Below are positions 37,501 to 52,500 of a DNA stretch of 64,000 bases, piece after piece; positions within the stretch are counted from its first letter, which is position 1; each line of letters begins with the position of its first letter. A program made the translations under genes and the position numbers. The stretch is from Malacoraja senta. Lineage: Eukaryota. The DNA is taken from positions 13,456,001-13,520,000 of the forward strand of contig CM075988.1 in assembly GCA_038087875.1 (NCBI GenBank). Reading direction: 5' to 3'. The notes under the pieces are model-generated. The model searched no databases, had not been told where the DNA came from, and saw only the letters and a list, made by a program, of their open reading frames with translations.

Positions 37501-40500
37501 TAAGAAATTTTATTATCTTTGGACATGTAACATCATAGTTTGCAGAGCAGTGATCTCATGGTTAGTTATAGACATTGGTATGATGTATGAAGATCAACAA
37601 CAAAAATCAGCAAGGGGAAATTTGAAATGCAAACAAAAAGTTGGAAATACTCAGTAGGTCAGGCAGCATCTGTGGATGGTGAAATAAAGTTGATGTTTTA
37701 CAGTAAAGATTCTTTGTCAAAACTGGGAAGGAAAGAAAATAGAGCGGCACAATGGACTGCAAAGTGCTGGAGTAACTCGGCAGTAGATATAGCATATCTG
37801 GAGGGCATGGGTAGCTGCTGTTTTTTTTTAGTTGGGGCCCCTTCAGACTCAAATAAACTAGTTTCCAACTGCATGGAGGGTGGAGCGGGGCGAACTGGAT
37901 AAAGGAACTATCACTGAGAAGGTGAGGCCAAGGCTGCCGTCGGGATATGCTGTAAACAAAGTCATCTCATGGATAAATAAATAGGGGCTTGGATGGTAGA
38001 AGGGGAACATAATGTTTTGTTTGCAATATGTTGGGTTGTCTGAAGTGCCTTTCTCTCAGCAAGGGATGTAGAACTTCAGACTCCATTCTTCCCAATGAAC
38101 AAGGAGACAGCAGGAGCATAGGTTTTACATTATTATTCCTCTGGGTTTGGATAATCCTGACTGAAGTCTGTTTGTTCTCACTTATGAAAGAGGAGAGAAA
38201 TTGGCATCAGTACCTTGGGCTAATATGAATTTTAGAGAAAACTCAATTAGTCAAAACATTTAGTGATATTTATTTATCTGTTCATGATGAACAGAGTTTG
38301 GAGTTTTATCTTCGGAAGTCGAATAGCTGACAAGTTAGAAAAGAAGAATGGGAGACAAATTACCACAAAGACTTGGAATAGTGGAAAAGTACCGTGGCAG
38401 GAAATTGGTGCCTTCAAGAATGAAGGGAAGGAGATTTGATGTGAATAATTATGGTAATAGAAGGTGGTCTGACCAGTTGACCGTCAGCATTAATGCTTGT
38501 TCTTTAGGGAACAACTCTGTATTATAGTTTGCAAATTTTACACAATTTGCTAATTTACAATATTCCTCTGCAATCTTGTATCTGTTCTTTTTTCCTCAAT
38601 GTTTAGCCTGACAAACCTAAGATGGTAATGGAATACTGGAGTGGCTGGTTTGACCACTGGGGTAGCGGTCACCATGTCTATCGGGAAGGTATGTGATATT
38701 GTTGGAGTCCATCTTTTCATGCGCTTCATTTTCTTTCACTGGCCAAGTGATTTATTCTTGCCTCCTCTCTGGAATTCTCTTTCTGAGGCATTGTGGAGGA
38801 TAGATCACTGGAGGTATTTAAAGGATGTAAATAAATATTTGACATCTCTAAATTGCGATCCTTGTTGTACTGACAAAGACGAATAGTTGATGCCTCGAGC
38901 TTATCAGCCACTGAATAGCGAGACTGTCTTGAAGGGTCAGGCAAACTACTTGCGGTCCTATTCTTCAATAAAAGGTTGGAGTTGCTGATTGTTCATTGTT
39001 CGATTCGTTTGAAATTTTCTACAATCTGTGTCAAAAGAATGAGGTCCATGCATATCTCTGCCCTGAACAAAAAGTTACGGGCAGATTTTAAGACCAATCG
39101 TGGAAGTGCTCTTGGCTCACTGGTGATTTTTTTTCTTCTTCTTTTCCAATCTGTTATTCACTCGGCACAAACCAAATTTATAACAAGATTTTTGCCCCAA
39201 CCTGCATAAGAATGACGGTTTATGGTATCCCAATGGAATGCTCAGTCACCAGAGCAAATCTGACAGCCTAGGGCTATTCCAGATGAGAACAGCTATCAAT
39301 ACAATAGTCATTGGTTCTATATGATTGTAGGAAGCATTTTTAGATTTTCTGATGATGTGGTCACAAATGATAAGCAGGAAATAGTTTTTATTCATGCAAT
39401 ATCTTTCACAAAGACGAGATATTTCAAATCACTTTACATCCAGTCTTTAATGTAATGTAAAAAGTCAGAGCCATAGAGGAAAGTAGTGCAGAAACAGGGC
39501 CTTTGGCCCAAGTCCACACTAAGCATCAACCACCGATTCACACTAATATTTTATTAATCCCATTTGTAATTCTCTCCACATTCTCATCATCTCTGCTTCC
39601 CACATCCCGTCCTTCCCTGATTCTGCCACTCACATGTACACTTGGGGGCAATTTACAGTGGCTAATGTGTGTGGGAACCAGAGAAACCAGATGAGCCCAT
39701 GTGGTCATGGGGAGAAAATGCAAACCCCAGAAGACAGCACCCAAGGTTGGCATTGAACCCAGGTCTCTGGTGCTGTATGAATTCTTCCATGCCTTTTTTT
39801 TTTTTTTACAAATGTTGACTTTAAACTAAGTGGATTTGCTTTCACAATTTTGTTGTTATGTGAGTTTTAAAAGGCTATTCTTTCAAGGGACAATAAGAGT
39901 TAAAAGACAGCTGGAAATGGAAGTGATGAAAGCAAACAATTGGGTTTAATACAGAGGAAAGACTGATTTGTGTGCACAAATCTCCATTGAATCTTGGAAG
40001 TTGCTGTCCACATAGCTTTGGGGAAATAAATGAAGAGAGTTAAAAGAGGCATCAAGTATGATGGTATAGATAAAATGGGCAAAGTCAGGCATTATTCTAA
40101 CTGGACCACTCAACGTTGGAAGGTTGCTGTGGATAAACCTTGTCAACAAACAACCATTTATCCTCCTCCAGAAACTTTCTCTTTTCAAATGTACACTCTA
40201 TAATTCAGTAGCTGTGTGTAAGTTTTTCTGTTAATCTTCCTTCGCACGTTGTATGTACCAAACACCTCTGTACATTAGGAGCATATTATATTTGAGCCTT
40301 AAGATATGTTTCTGTTCTATATTGTTTGCTGAGATTTTAGACTTTTTTTTCCTACTGCAGGATTGCTCAATACTCTTTCGGCTCTTTTAAGCAAAGGAAT
40401 TTCCATCAATCTCTACATGTTCCATGGAGGGACTAACTTTGGCTTTATGAATGGGGCACAAGACTTTGGCACCTATATTGCTGATGTCACCAGCTATGGT

Positions 40501-43500
40501 GAGTGTACTGAAGATGCTGCCAGGTTTCGTAATGGAGTGGTAATTGTTCATTTTGCAGATCAAAATCTCCATCAAATCGAATTTTAAAATTCCAGATATT
40601 AATTCAGTCATAACTTCATTAGTTAAAGTGATAAAGACGGTGGCGCAGTGGTAGAGTTGCTGTCCCACAGCGCTTGCAGTGCCGGGGACCGAGTTCGATC
40701 CCGACTACCGGTGCTGTCTGTACGGAGTTTGCACATTCTCCCCGTAACCGTGGTTTTCTCCGAGATCTTCGTTTTTCTCCCACACTCCAAAGACGAACAG
40801 GTTTGTAGGTAAATTGGCTTGGCATAAGTGTAAATTGTCCCTAGTGTGTGTGGGGTAGTGTTAATGTGCGGGCATCATTGGTCGGTGCGGACTCGGTGGA
40901 CTGAAGGGCCTGTTTCTGCGCTGTATCTCTAAACTAAACTATTGTGTTTAGACATGTAGAGGTTTACATACATTTATATTTATCAAATTTTACTTGTGCG
41001 TTATGCAGCACAATAGAACTTTAATTGTTATTAATATAGAACCATTGACTGGTAAATATCAGTGGTTAATAACCTTGTCATTGACAATTATTCATTTAGC
41101 ATAATTTTGTTTTATATTAGATTATGATGCACCCTTGTCGGAAGCAGGAGATTACACTGAGAAATACATGCAAATTCGGAATCTCTACAGCCATTACTTG
41201 GGTAAATACTCAACTGTCTGAATTTTGCACCATTTTGGTAGAGAAAACTATGTTCACATTTGTTTGTCCAGGCCATTGAATTGAAACACTAAAGTTATCC
41301 TTCAGACCCCCTCCTCCAATAATATCTCCATTCAATGTTGGGTGAAAATAACTCAAAATGAACAAACAGTTTGAGGTGAAAATGTTTTACCAAGAAGAAC
41401 CTTCCTGAAAGCATGGCAATTCCTGTAAACATTTGTTATTGTGCCAGTGTTCATTAACTTAAGAGTACAATTTGTTCCTTACAATATGAATTGCAAATTG
41501 ATTGGGGACTGCACCTAAATTATGCTCAAACTTGTAGGGGGTTACATGCCCATAAATTATAATATTTGAGAATGCTGTTTGACTTCTAGTGGGACATGTA
41601 TGAGAAGGGTTTTTTTGGGGAGGGAAATTTTGGATTTGAGAAATAATTGCTCTGCAATTATTCTGCGCTGCAGCTGCCTTTGGCAACTTTGATGACCCCC
41701 ACTCCCCCCAACTTCATTCACCCATATCTTGCTCATATCACTGATCAGGTTTATTGGGAATGCTGCATCATCCTCATGGAGGATTTTCCATCCTTTTATG
41801 AAGTGACTTTGTAGGTGGTTTGAATGCTAGTTTGTAATTGCTGGGTGTTAATGCACGTTTACTTTCTACACGTCCCAGCTCACTTGAATGTTTTTGTGCA
41901 CTAGCATTTGCTAATTTCTCATTGTTTAAAATATATTCTGTCACTTGTTTTCCTACAATACACTTAATTTGCTGCTTTGGTGCCAACTCGCACACTGTTT
42001 CTACACACTTCACTTCAAATTATTTGCAAAGTTGTGCATATAACATTTTGTTTTCTCTTCAAAATATTATTCATGAATGTAAATGTGCAAAGCTGAGGGC
42101 GCAATACTGGTTCCTGTGGTACCATTCTTTTATTTCAGCTTTGCGTCCTTTAACCAAGCCTGAATCCATGTTTTTGTATTACTCCAGACCTTGTGAACCT
42201 GAAGAAGGGTCTCGACCCGAAACGTCACCTATTCCTTCTCTCCAGAAATGCTGCCTGTCCCGCTGAGTTACTCCAGCTTTTTGTGTCTATCTTTGTGGGC
42301 CTTTGTTAATATGATATTATATCAAGTGCTGTTTGAAAATTCTACTACAGGCACTAGTCCCGTCTCTTGACTCTGCTCAATACATCCCCAGTATTAATTA
42401 GTGACAGGATGGCGATAGGCCATTCGGTCCATCAAGTCTACTCCGTCATTCAATCATGGGTGATCTCTCTTTCCCCCTTAATCCCATTAACACACAATTG
42501 TCTTTCACAAAATAATGTTTTACTGAATAGAATCAAGCCATGTTATCACATCCTTGATGATGAAGTCAAGCATTTGCCGGAATGTCTTTTTATTGATGCT
42601 GTTAGATCCCAAGTTGCATTATAAAAAAAAAAATTAAAATTATTCTCGCTCTTGTTGCAGATGAGGAATTACCTGAAAAACCACAGCATTTGTATAAATC
42701 ACGATATGCTACCATTCATCCAAAGGAATACATTCCATTATGGGATGCACTCAGTTTGTTAGAAAAGGTACATTTAATTAATTACTGTTTACTACACATC
42801 CATCCAGGAAAATTAGATTTGGAAGGTGAGTGAAGCTGATCTATCTTGGTTGCAGATCCAGATAGGTTCAGATCAGAAGTTTAGAAAAAGTATATTCCAG
42901 GCTGATGTGACCATTATTTTTAACTTGTGTAGGAAGGAACTGCAGATATTGGTTTAAACTGAGGATAGACACAAAAAGCTGGAGTAACTCAGCGGGTCAG
43001 GCAGCATCTCTGGAGAAAAGAAATGGATGACGTTTCGGATTGAGACCCTTCTTCAGACTGAGAGTTAAGTGAAAGGGAAACCTGAGAGTCAGGGGACTCT
43101 CACTGAAGAAGGGTCTCGACCCGAAATGTCACCTATTCCTTTTCATCTGAGATGCTGCTTGACCTGTTGAGCTGCTCCAGCTTTTTGTGTATATCATTTT
43201 CAACTTGTTTGCTTCTGACCTGTATCTCGGGTAATGAAATAGCACGTTCAATATGAGAATTTCTACATCAACATTTATTGCACCTGCATTGGATTCTTGT
43301 AAATGTTGTTACACATACTTTGCCAGTTTTAAAATGAATGCCTACATTAAGCAATCAGTTCTGCCTAAACAAGATCCGGATATCAGGATGATGGTGTGCC
43401 CAGCTGAATCGTGACTTTCTGAGGAGTGTCCCAATATATGAAAGCTTGTAACTTTGATGCACTCACCCATGTTGCAGAAGCTGGTAAAATAAAACAATGT

Positions 43501-46500
43501 AAATCAACATGACTAGTTGTGGAGGAAGGAACTGCAGATACTGGTTTAAACCGAAGATAGGCACAAAACGCTGGAGTAACTCAGCGGGTCAGACAGCTCT
43601 GGAGAAAAGGAATAGGTGATGTATCGGGTCGAGACCCTTCTTCAGACTGAGAGTCGGGAAAGGGAAATGAGAGATATCGACGGTGAAATAGAAATATATA
43701 AAACAAATGAATGAAAGATATGCCAAAAAGTAACAATGAAAGAAGATAAAGGATTAATGAATGCTTTGAGCAGAATAAACCAAAATTGAGAGAAAAGTTA
43801 ATGGAGTGAAAGAACCAAGGTAACTCCCAGCACACATAGATCATGCTTTAGAAAATCTGACCATCTGATCAACGTTGCAGGCTTCTACTGCCCATGGTTT
43901 CTAATGTAAAAACAAATGCTTTATAAAGCTTGGGACATGTTCACTTAGCCTTGCAGCAAAGTAGTTGATTTCTCCAGTTTGAGGATGGTTATTTTCAGTT
44001 CTGTTTGGTGGCATGTAACTTTTGGGAAATGAAGATTTAAGTGAGTGAATATGTGGGTATAACTGAGATTGTGGTAATGTCATGGTTTGTTTCCCCAACT
44101 GAAAGTCCTTGATTGTTGAATGTTTCGCTTGATGTATCAGAACACAATACATTTGCCAGCAATAGATTTATTAGCTTCTCCATTGTAATGTCTCAAGGAG
44201 TGGTCCTGCAATCCATCCAGACTTGCCAACTCCGGAAAGCTAGGTGGGAAAGTAAGGAGGTCACAGAGGCTACAAAGGGATGTCAATATTTACTATGATT
44301 TGCTAGGGGTTGCAGATGGAAGTGTGATATCCATTTTAATAATAAGAAATAGAAGCAGACTTGGATCATGAAGGCCTTTTTGAGCCTTTTGTTCAGTGCT
44401 CACGGATCATCACCTTCCGCACATTCCCAGCCAATTGCCATTTCCCCAGACCATCTAAGGATTTAACAATTTGTTGTATATTCTGTGTTTGAGCATTGGC
44501 AGCCTGCTGAGGTTGCAACCCTTAGGTTATTTCTGTTTGCTTCCCGACTGTATGTGTTCTATTCTGCCCACCTTGCTGCCATATAGCATGAAGGACCTTG
44601 ATGTACAAGACCACCAAGTTAAAAATACTGAATGTTAATGTTTGGTATGAAATTCCCAAATCTAGATGATACTGATCATCTGTGCGAAGATAATCGAATG
44701 GCAGATGCGAAGAAGGTTTGAAACGAGTTCAAATGTTCAGATCTTCACAAGTTGAAGCTTTGTTGCGGCAATGTCTCCCCCCCTCCCCCCACACCTCACC
44801 CCACCTCAATCTTGACTATCCCTGTAACCTCTTACACTCTCACATGCTCTCAAGATCGTGTATCTACAATGATTCTTCTTCCCTGCACAACTCTTCCCCT
44901 TTCTGTTGTGGGGTAGACTTATTCCCCTCCCCACCCCCTCCCCCCATCCCAAACCTTTGCACATCCCTAATCCTTTCTGCTCGTCACTTTAATTTCATGT
45001 TTCATGTATCTTGTGTTTTATGACCGTTGGCAGATCAATTTTCCCTCCTGGGATAAATAAAGTTCTATTGTATCGTATGCCAGCCGTTTACACTTCGAAT
45101 TTTGAGTTTATAGATCAATATGTCCCTGAGCTTTGGAATCACTTTACTTAAGTTTTTTTTAATTTATTTACAATATTCTATGCCATATTTTTACATTGCC
45201 TTTGATTATATGCCTCTTTTCTGTATATTGGATGTCATTTTTGTTTGATAATATATCAGTTACAATCCTTGGGAGATTTCATTTTGTTGCAGTGATTGTT
45301 TTAAATGCAGAGTGTTGTTATTAAACCTATTGCAAGAGTAACATGTTCACTTGTCTGTTCTAGACAATCGAGAGTGAAAGACCTATCAATATGGAGAACC
45401 TGCCAATCAACAATAACAATGGACAATCTTATGGGTACACGTTATACAACACAATAATAAATAGTGGTGGAGTACTTCGTTCTGAGCAGAATGTCCGTGA
45501 CAGGGCACAGGTAAACAAGGTCTTTTCTTGTTATATGAATTTGTTCATTTGGGTGCTCCAATTTCCTCTCGCATTCCAAAGATGTTCAGGTAGGGAGATT
45601 AATAGGTCAGTGAAAGTTACCTGTAGTGTTGGTGGGTGGCAGGAGAATCGGGTAGCAGGAGTTGTGCATGCGTGAGGGGAAAATGGGTTACTGGGGGAAA
45701 TAACTGGAGGAATGGAGAGATGAAATCGCACTGTCAGAGCTGTGATTTTGTGCTAAATGACCTAAGGACATATGAAAATTGTATGCAAAGAAGTAGCCTG
45801 AAAGTAGCCTCAAAGTAAAAACATGAGCAGTAAATTTTCATTGTGGTTTTGCAGCTTTAGAATGCTCTTTTAGAAATTGAATATGTTCAGCTTGCTCTTA
45901 TAATTGCAGGCTGAGCCAGCATTTAATTGTCCATCCCTAGCTGCCCTTGAGAAGGAGCTGGTGAGCTGCTGTCTTGTACGGCAACAGTCTATGAGGCGTG
46001 AGTATTCCCACTGTGCTGTTAGACAGAGGACTCCAGGAATTTAACCCAGCAACAGTGAAGGAACAGTGATATATTTCCAAATCAGGACTCTGCGAGACTT
46101 GGAAGGATAATTTCCAAGTGGTGGTGTTCCCTGTGCTTTTGCGGCCCCAATCCTTCTAGCTGTTTGAGGTCATGGATTTGGAAGTTTGCTGGCTTGTGGC
46201 TCTGTGCTGTTTCTGTTGGGAGTGTCTCATTCATGCCCAGCTCCCTGGCTTGTTACATTTGCATAATTGAGTCTCTCTTGTATTTCAGGTGTTTGTTGGG
46301 GGTCAGTCCATTGGATTTCTGGACTATAAAAATATAGAATTGACTATTCCAGATATTAAGGTGAATGTCATTAAAATATCAAATTTGTAGATAATCGTGC
46401 AGACATTTATTATTGGTGCTTTTAAAGGTTGCAACCATGTTTTTATTGCCATCAGTTGCCTGACCCATTGAGCTCCTGCAGCATTTTGTTTTTTGCCCGA

Positions 46501-49500
46501 GATTCCTGCCTTTGCAGTCTTGTCTCCATGTTTTTTTTCCACGATGTTTTTATGTAAATAATGACTATGATAGAATGTAATGTCAGTTGGTACATTGTGC
46601 TTTTCATCCCTTGTGGGCATGCAAAACTGTTTGATAGCTTTACTTGTTTTACAAGCAAATCCACAAAAACATTTATACAAACTAAATGACATTTCTCTGT
46701 CTTTACTGCACTTTAACGTTAGCCCAGTATTTGCTCTGGCATGAGAAAGGTTTGGACCACAATTTATTATTTAGAAGGAATCATGCTGATTTCTTCAGGA
46801 GCAAAACTGAAAAAAAATCTAAAACTTAGTTTGTGGAGTATTTGATATCTGAAAGAAGTGAATTTAAAACTGAATTACAGCTTGATAATTGGAAATGAAA
46901 GAATGGGCGCTGTGAAGTTTTTAGTGGTACCCTCATCAACCTTTGAGTTTTAAACTATAATAACCTAAAATACCGCAATTGCCCAATACTCCATGTAGTG
47001 AACAAAATGGAAGGCCGACAAGGGGAAGAATGGAATTGTCAAATCTGAACCTGAAGATTCTGATGCCTTGTAACTAAACACATCATCCAATTTTGCAAGA
47101 GGGGTGCTAATACATTGCCTTAATTTGACCACCTTAGTAGAAGTTAGATGTCTTGCAGTCGATCCAGTTGGGATGTGTACATTACAATAGCTTCTGAATT
47201 TATTTTCAAGCCTTCAAAATCTAATGAGCCTTGTACACTGTCAGCGGCCTTTGGGAAACTCTTACATTTTTTGCACCATTGTGAAATTGTGGACATTATA
47301 ACTACCGTTTAGTGATTCGTCCATCCATTTGTGAAGCTCCAGCAACATGAGATCTTAAAAAATGTCTCCAGTAGAGTTTCTCCAGTGTCTCCACTCCTAA
47401 ATGTCTCCAGCAGGGTGGCACGGTGGTGTAGCGGTAGAGTTGCTGCCTTGCAGCACTTTCAGCGCCAGAGACCCGGGTTCGATCCCAACTATGGATGTTG
47501 TCTGTACGGAGTTTGTACGTCCTCCCCGTGACCGTGCTGGTTTCCTCCCACACTCCAAAGATGTACAGGTGTATTGGCTTGGTACAAGTGTAAATTGTCC
47601 CTAGTCTGTGTAGGATAGTGTTAATGTGCGGGGATCACTGGTTGGTATGGACTTGGTGGGCCGAAGGGCCTGTTTCTGTGCTGAGAGTTTGTGTTACAGG
47701 CACGTGCACCATTTCTATTCACTGGTCTACAATTGCTGATGTGCCTGCCTTGCCATTTTTAAAATTGTTCTTTTTCATTGTGTATCCACAATATTCTTAA
47801 AGTTACCCAGTTTCTTTAAATCAGAATTTTTCTGAGTTACTTATTTTATTACAGAGTTCTCTGGCATTGTTTCCTTTTTATTGAAACTGGATTATTTCTT
47901 TTTTTAGAGTAAACAAAATTTAAGCCTTTTGGTGGAGAATCGTGGTCGAGTGAACTATGGCACTAAACTCGATGAACAGCGCAAAGGTAATTTGCTGAGA
48001 TAGTGATTGACAACATAGTCAGTGTTGTGCAATGCATGGTTACTTAGTACGTGCAAACAATTAAATTGTTTAAGTTATTTGATTATTAAATTACTAGATA
48101 ATATTCCAGTTGTTAGAAGGATTTTCCTGTGATTATAGATGTGTTGCCCAGGATGGTATTAAACTGATAAATCATTATTTTCCACCTTCAGTTAAGGTGG
48201 TCAGATTTAGAGAATATTTCATGTGATCAGTTGCAAAATCTGGTAATACAAGTTATACACCATTTCCCCTCCATTTTTTTTCCTTTTTCTTTTTATTCCT
48301 TCCCCCCCCCCCCCCCCCCCCTTTCCTTCCTGGCAGCCTCTGTTCCAGAGCCTTTCTGGATTATCCGCTTTTCTGGACCAACCAAGGTCAAGTGATAATG
48401 CAACGACAATACGCCCTAGGCCCGTTAAAGACCACACCTCTTCCCCCCCCCCCTCGTGTCGCGAAAGCACCATGGAGTGCCACAAAAATAAATAAGCCAA
48501 ATTATTTAGTCAGAGGGTGGTGAATCTGTGGAATTATTTGCCACAGAAGGCAGTAGAGGCTAAGTCGGGGGATATATTTAAGGCACAGATAGATAGATTT
48601 TTGATTGTCAGAAGCTATGGGGAGAAGGCAGGAGAATGAGGTTAGGAGGGAGAGATAGATCAGCCATGATTGAATGGCGGAATAGACATGATGGGCCGAA
48701 TGACCTAATTCTACCCCTATCTATTATGACCTTATGATAAAATGTCAACTGAATATGAATGAAATTACCTGCCGACCCATTCCCCGCTCCCACATTTCCC
48801 TGGCCGTTTAGACCCCCGGCTTCAAACCCCGCTCCCGACTCGCAAAGTGCACCAGCAAGCCCTAGTTCACTCCCTGCAAATTCTGGTGACACAGCTATTG
48901 TTGCTGCTCACGTTGTAGCCCCTTGGGGACAGTGCTTTCGTCGAATCGCAGCTCCCTCCTTTTACTAAGCTTTAGCTACGCTACTAAAATCACCGTTAGA
49001 TTGGCAACCAATTTTTGATGTCTTGATATTGTAATGTTGTTTCTGTGTTAAAGGTGCTATATAAATGCCACTTTTTATAGTTTGCAACAAAAATAATTGA
49101 TTGCAGTGGAAGATGTTCTGTTCCCTTGGAGTCACTTTTGAGTTTTGGTTCTGCAGGTCTCCTGGGAGATATCTTTCTGAATAAACAGCCTTTGAAGGGA
49201 TTTACAATTTACCCATTAGAGATGAAAACAAGTTTCATCGAGAGGTGAGGATCTATATGTGCATCTTGCTTATAAACTGTCCTGCCTCTGATTGCTTGAT
49301 TTACTTTCAATACACTAAAGTCGGTTTATATTTTTGGAGGAGTTTGTGTTACATCATGAAATATTAGTATACGGTCAAATGAGGCCAGTTGTTATCTCAG
49401 GGAAGGTTAACATTTTCAGTGGGAGGTTTCTCCCCTTATTCCATCCCCCCCTTTGGTGTAGTGGTAGAGATACTGCCTGACAGAGCCAGAGACCCAGGTT

Positions 49501-52500
49501 CGATCCTGAATTAGGGTGCGTGTCTGTACGGAGTTTGTACATTCTCCCCGTGACCTGCGTGGGGTTTTCTCCGAGATCTTCGGTTTTCTCCCACACTACA
49601 AAGATGTACTGTTTTTTAGGTTAAATGGCTTGGTATAAATGTAAAGAAATAAAACAAATTATGGTGCGTGGATCACTGGTCGGTCTGGACTCGGAGGGCC
49701 GAAAGGTATCTTTAAACAAAACTAAACAAAACATTAATTGTCTCCATTAGGGTTATCATGGGCCAGCAGTTAATACAACCAATATTTAAAATATCAATGT
49801 CTGGCCAAATGTATTGGATATTAATATTGTCATGGCTTTTGACATTTTTATTGCATTTGAAACAAAGTTCACAAACCTCACAAACCTCAAAATTCAATAC
49901 ATTTTAAATAGATATCTGAGTGATTGTAATTGTAGTTTGGATAGTAACTGGAATTTTTCCAACAAAGCTACAGTCTTTACAATAGAGTTGCATCATAGTT
50001 CACTAAGTCTGTTACTTGTGCCACTGATCTATTTTGGATTAACTTTGTATTCAACAGTGGGAATCTCTTTCTACCTTGGTTACACACTGTGAACATAAAA
50101 CACTCGGCGTCCTTGGAAATGCACGGCCTCATAAATGCCAACCATTGTTCCCATACACTGGCTCTGTGAATATTTGTTTTAATCTTCTCATGCCAGTGGT
50201 CCTCGCATTAGTTAAATTGATTACCAGTTTTCTAACTAGCCTCTCTAGTTTCAAGCCAATATGTTGATTTGCGAGTTAAATTCTGGAGGGTCTGAGCTAC
50301 AGGGAGAGGTTGAGTAGGTTGGGTCTCTATTTCTTGGAGTGCAGGAGGATGAGGGGTGATGTTATAGAGGTGTATAAAATTATGAGAGGAATAATTCGGG
50401 CAGATGCACGGAATCTCTTCCCCAGAGTAGGGGAATCGAGGACCAGAGGACATAGGTTCAAGGTGAAGGGGAAAAGATTTAACAGGAATCTGAAGGGTAA
50501 CTTTTTCCACACAAAGGGAGGTGGGAGTATGGAACAAACTGCCAGAGGAGGTAGTTGAAGCTGGGACTATCTGGGACTATCTGGGACTGGATAGCTGTGA
50601 CTATCCCAACGTTTAAGAAACAGTTAGGCAGGTACATGGATAGGACAAGTTTGGAGGAACATGGACCAAACGCAGGCAGGTGGGACTAGTGTAGCTGGGA
50701 CATGTTGGCTGGTGTGGGCAAGTTGGGCCGAAGGCACTGTTTCCACACTATCTCTCTAATTAATTCAAATGCAAAGAAAATAAGAGGAATTTGCGGGTCC
50801 ATTTTCATTCATATATTTTTTCTATAGGCATTAACCACTGTAACTCTACACAGGATAATCACTGCCAGAGAATTAAAGATTATGACATTTGTTTAATGGT
50901 TTTTAATAACTAGCATTGGCTATTTTTTGTTTTTGTTTCCCTGTGACTGAAGTTTCTCAGCTATCAAAATGAATTCTACTCGGGAAAACCCCGTTCTTCC
51001 TGCCTTCTTCTACGGCTCACTCTATGTGGATTCAATGCCCTACGATACTTTTATAAGTCTTAAGGTGAGGAAAATTTGTTTTATTCATTGTAGCCTCCTG
51101 CTTGGGACAGTACATTTTACAGTGACGGTATAATTTGCAACCTCAAACTGTAATGAGTGGGGAAATTGAACAAAGTTGAACTTTTTATGTTGACGTTTCT
51201 CCTTTTAGAATAGCTGTCAGAGATGAACACAAGAAGTAATAATGGACACAAAGTGCTTATGTAACTCGGCGGGTCAGACGGCATCTCTGGAGAAAAAGGA
51301 TGGGTGACGTTTTGGGTTGTGATCCTTCCTGGAGGAGGGTCCGATCCGAAAAGTTGCCCATCCATTATCGCCAGAGATGCTGCCTGACCCGCTGAGTAAT
51401 CCAGCTCTTGGTGGAGTACTCGGAGTTCAAATTGTTTACCAAATGGTATGAATATTGATTACTTTAACTTCAAATAACTTCTGCACTCCCTCTCTCCATC
51501 CCTCCCCCTCCCAAGTTGCACCTGGCTCCCGTTCTCACTAGCAAACAGCTATCAATGGCCTGTTCCATTTATCATCATTACTTTTTTGCATATCTTTCAT
51601 TCACTTGTTCTATATCTCTCTACATCACATATCTCTCATGTCCCTTTCCCCTGACTGGTCTGAAGAAGGTTCTCGACCCGTAATGCCAATAATTCCGTCG
51701 CTCCAGAGATGCTGCCTGTCCCGCTGAGTTACTCCAGCATTTTGTGTCTATCTTCGGCTTAAACCACCATCTGCCGTTCCTTCCTTGAAACACAGCTAGT
51801 TATGTAGTACGTCTTCAGTAGCGGAACCATGATGATTTCTGGTTCTAGAGTATTTTCTGTATCTGGTACTCTTGGCCGTTTCTTTAAATGGCATGGAGTA
51901 AATTGAATTGGCTCAAGATTTTGCTGAGTTGCGGGAGTTTGGTAGGAATCCAAGATGCACCTTCCACTTGGCGCTTTTCTCTGAGTATGTTTGCAAATGC
52001 AAATGCAAAAAAAATGTAACTATGTTTTTATGCAATTTTTAGGGCTGGGAGAAAGGTGTGGTGTTTATCAATGGATTGAATTTGGGCCGTTACTGGAATA
52101 TAGGACCACAGAAGACACTTTACTTACCCGCTCCGTGGATACAACATGGTAACAATGAGGTAAGAGAGACCGATGTTAACAGTCTCCACAGATTGCATTG
52201 ATAATTGAGAGGTGTCTGTGTCTGTGTCTGTGTCACAAAACAATTCTAACTTCATTATTTTAGGCAACCATTAAAAAAAATATAGAAACATAGAAAATAG
52301 GTGCAGAAGTAGGCCACGGCCCTTTGAGCCAGCACTGCCATTCAATATGATCATGGCTGAGTCTCCTAAATCAGTACCCCATTCCTGCTTTCCCCATATC
52401 CCTTGGTTAGGCTGGTAGAGCTAAATAATATGGAGTTGAAAAGTAGGCCAGGATTCAGTGAACAGGTTAATCTTTCTCAGAGATTAGCTGTCCCTGTGTC

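Noticed and set aside
40639..40710. tRNA gene
   Set aside because: A/B boxes belong to a SINE head followed by V-domain and LINE tail; no complete cloverleaf.
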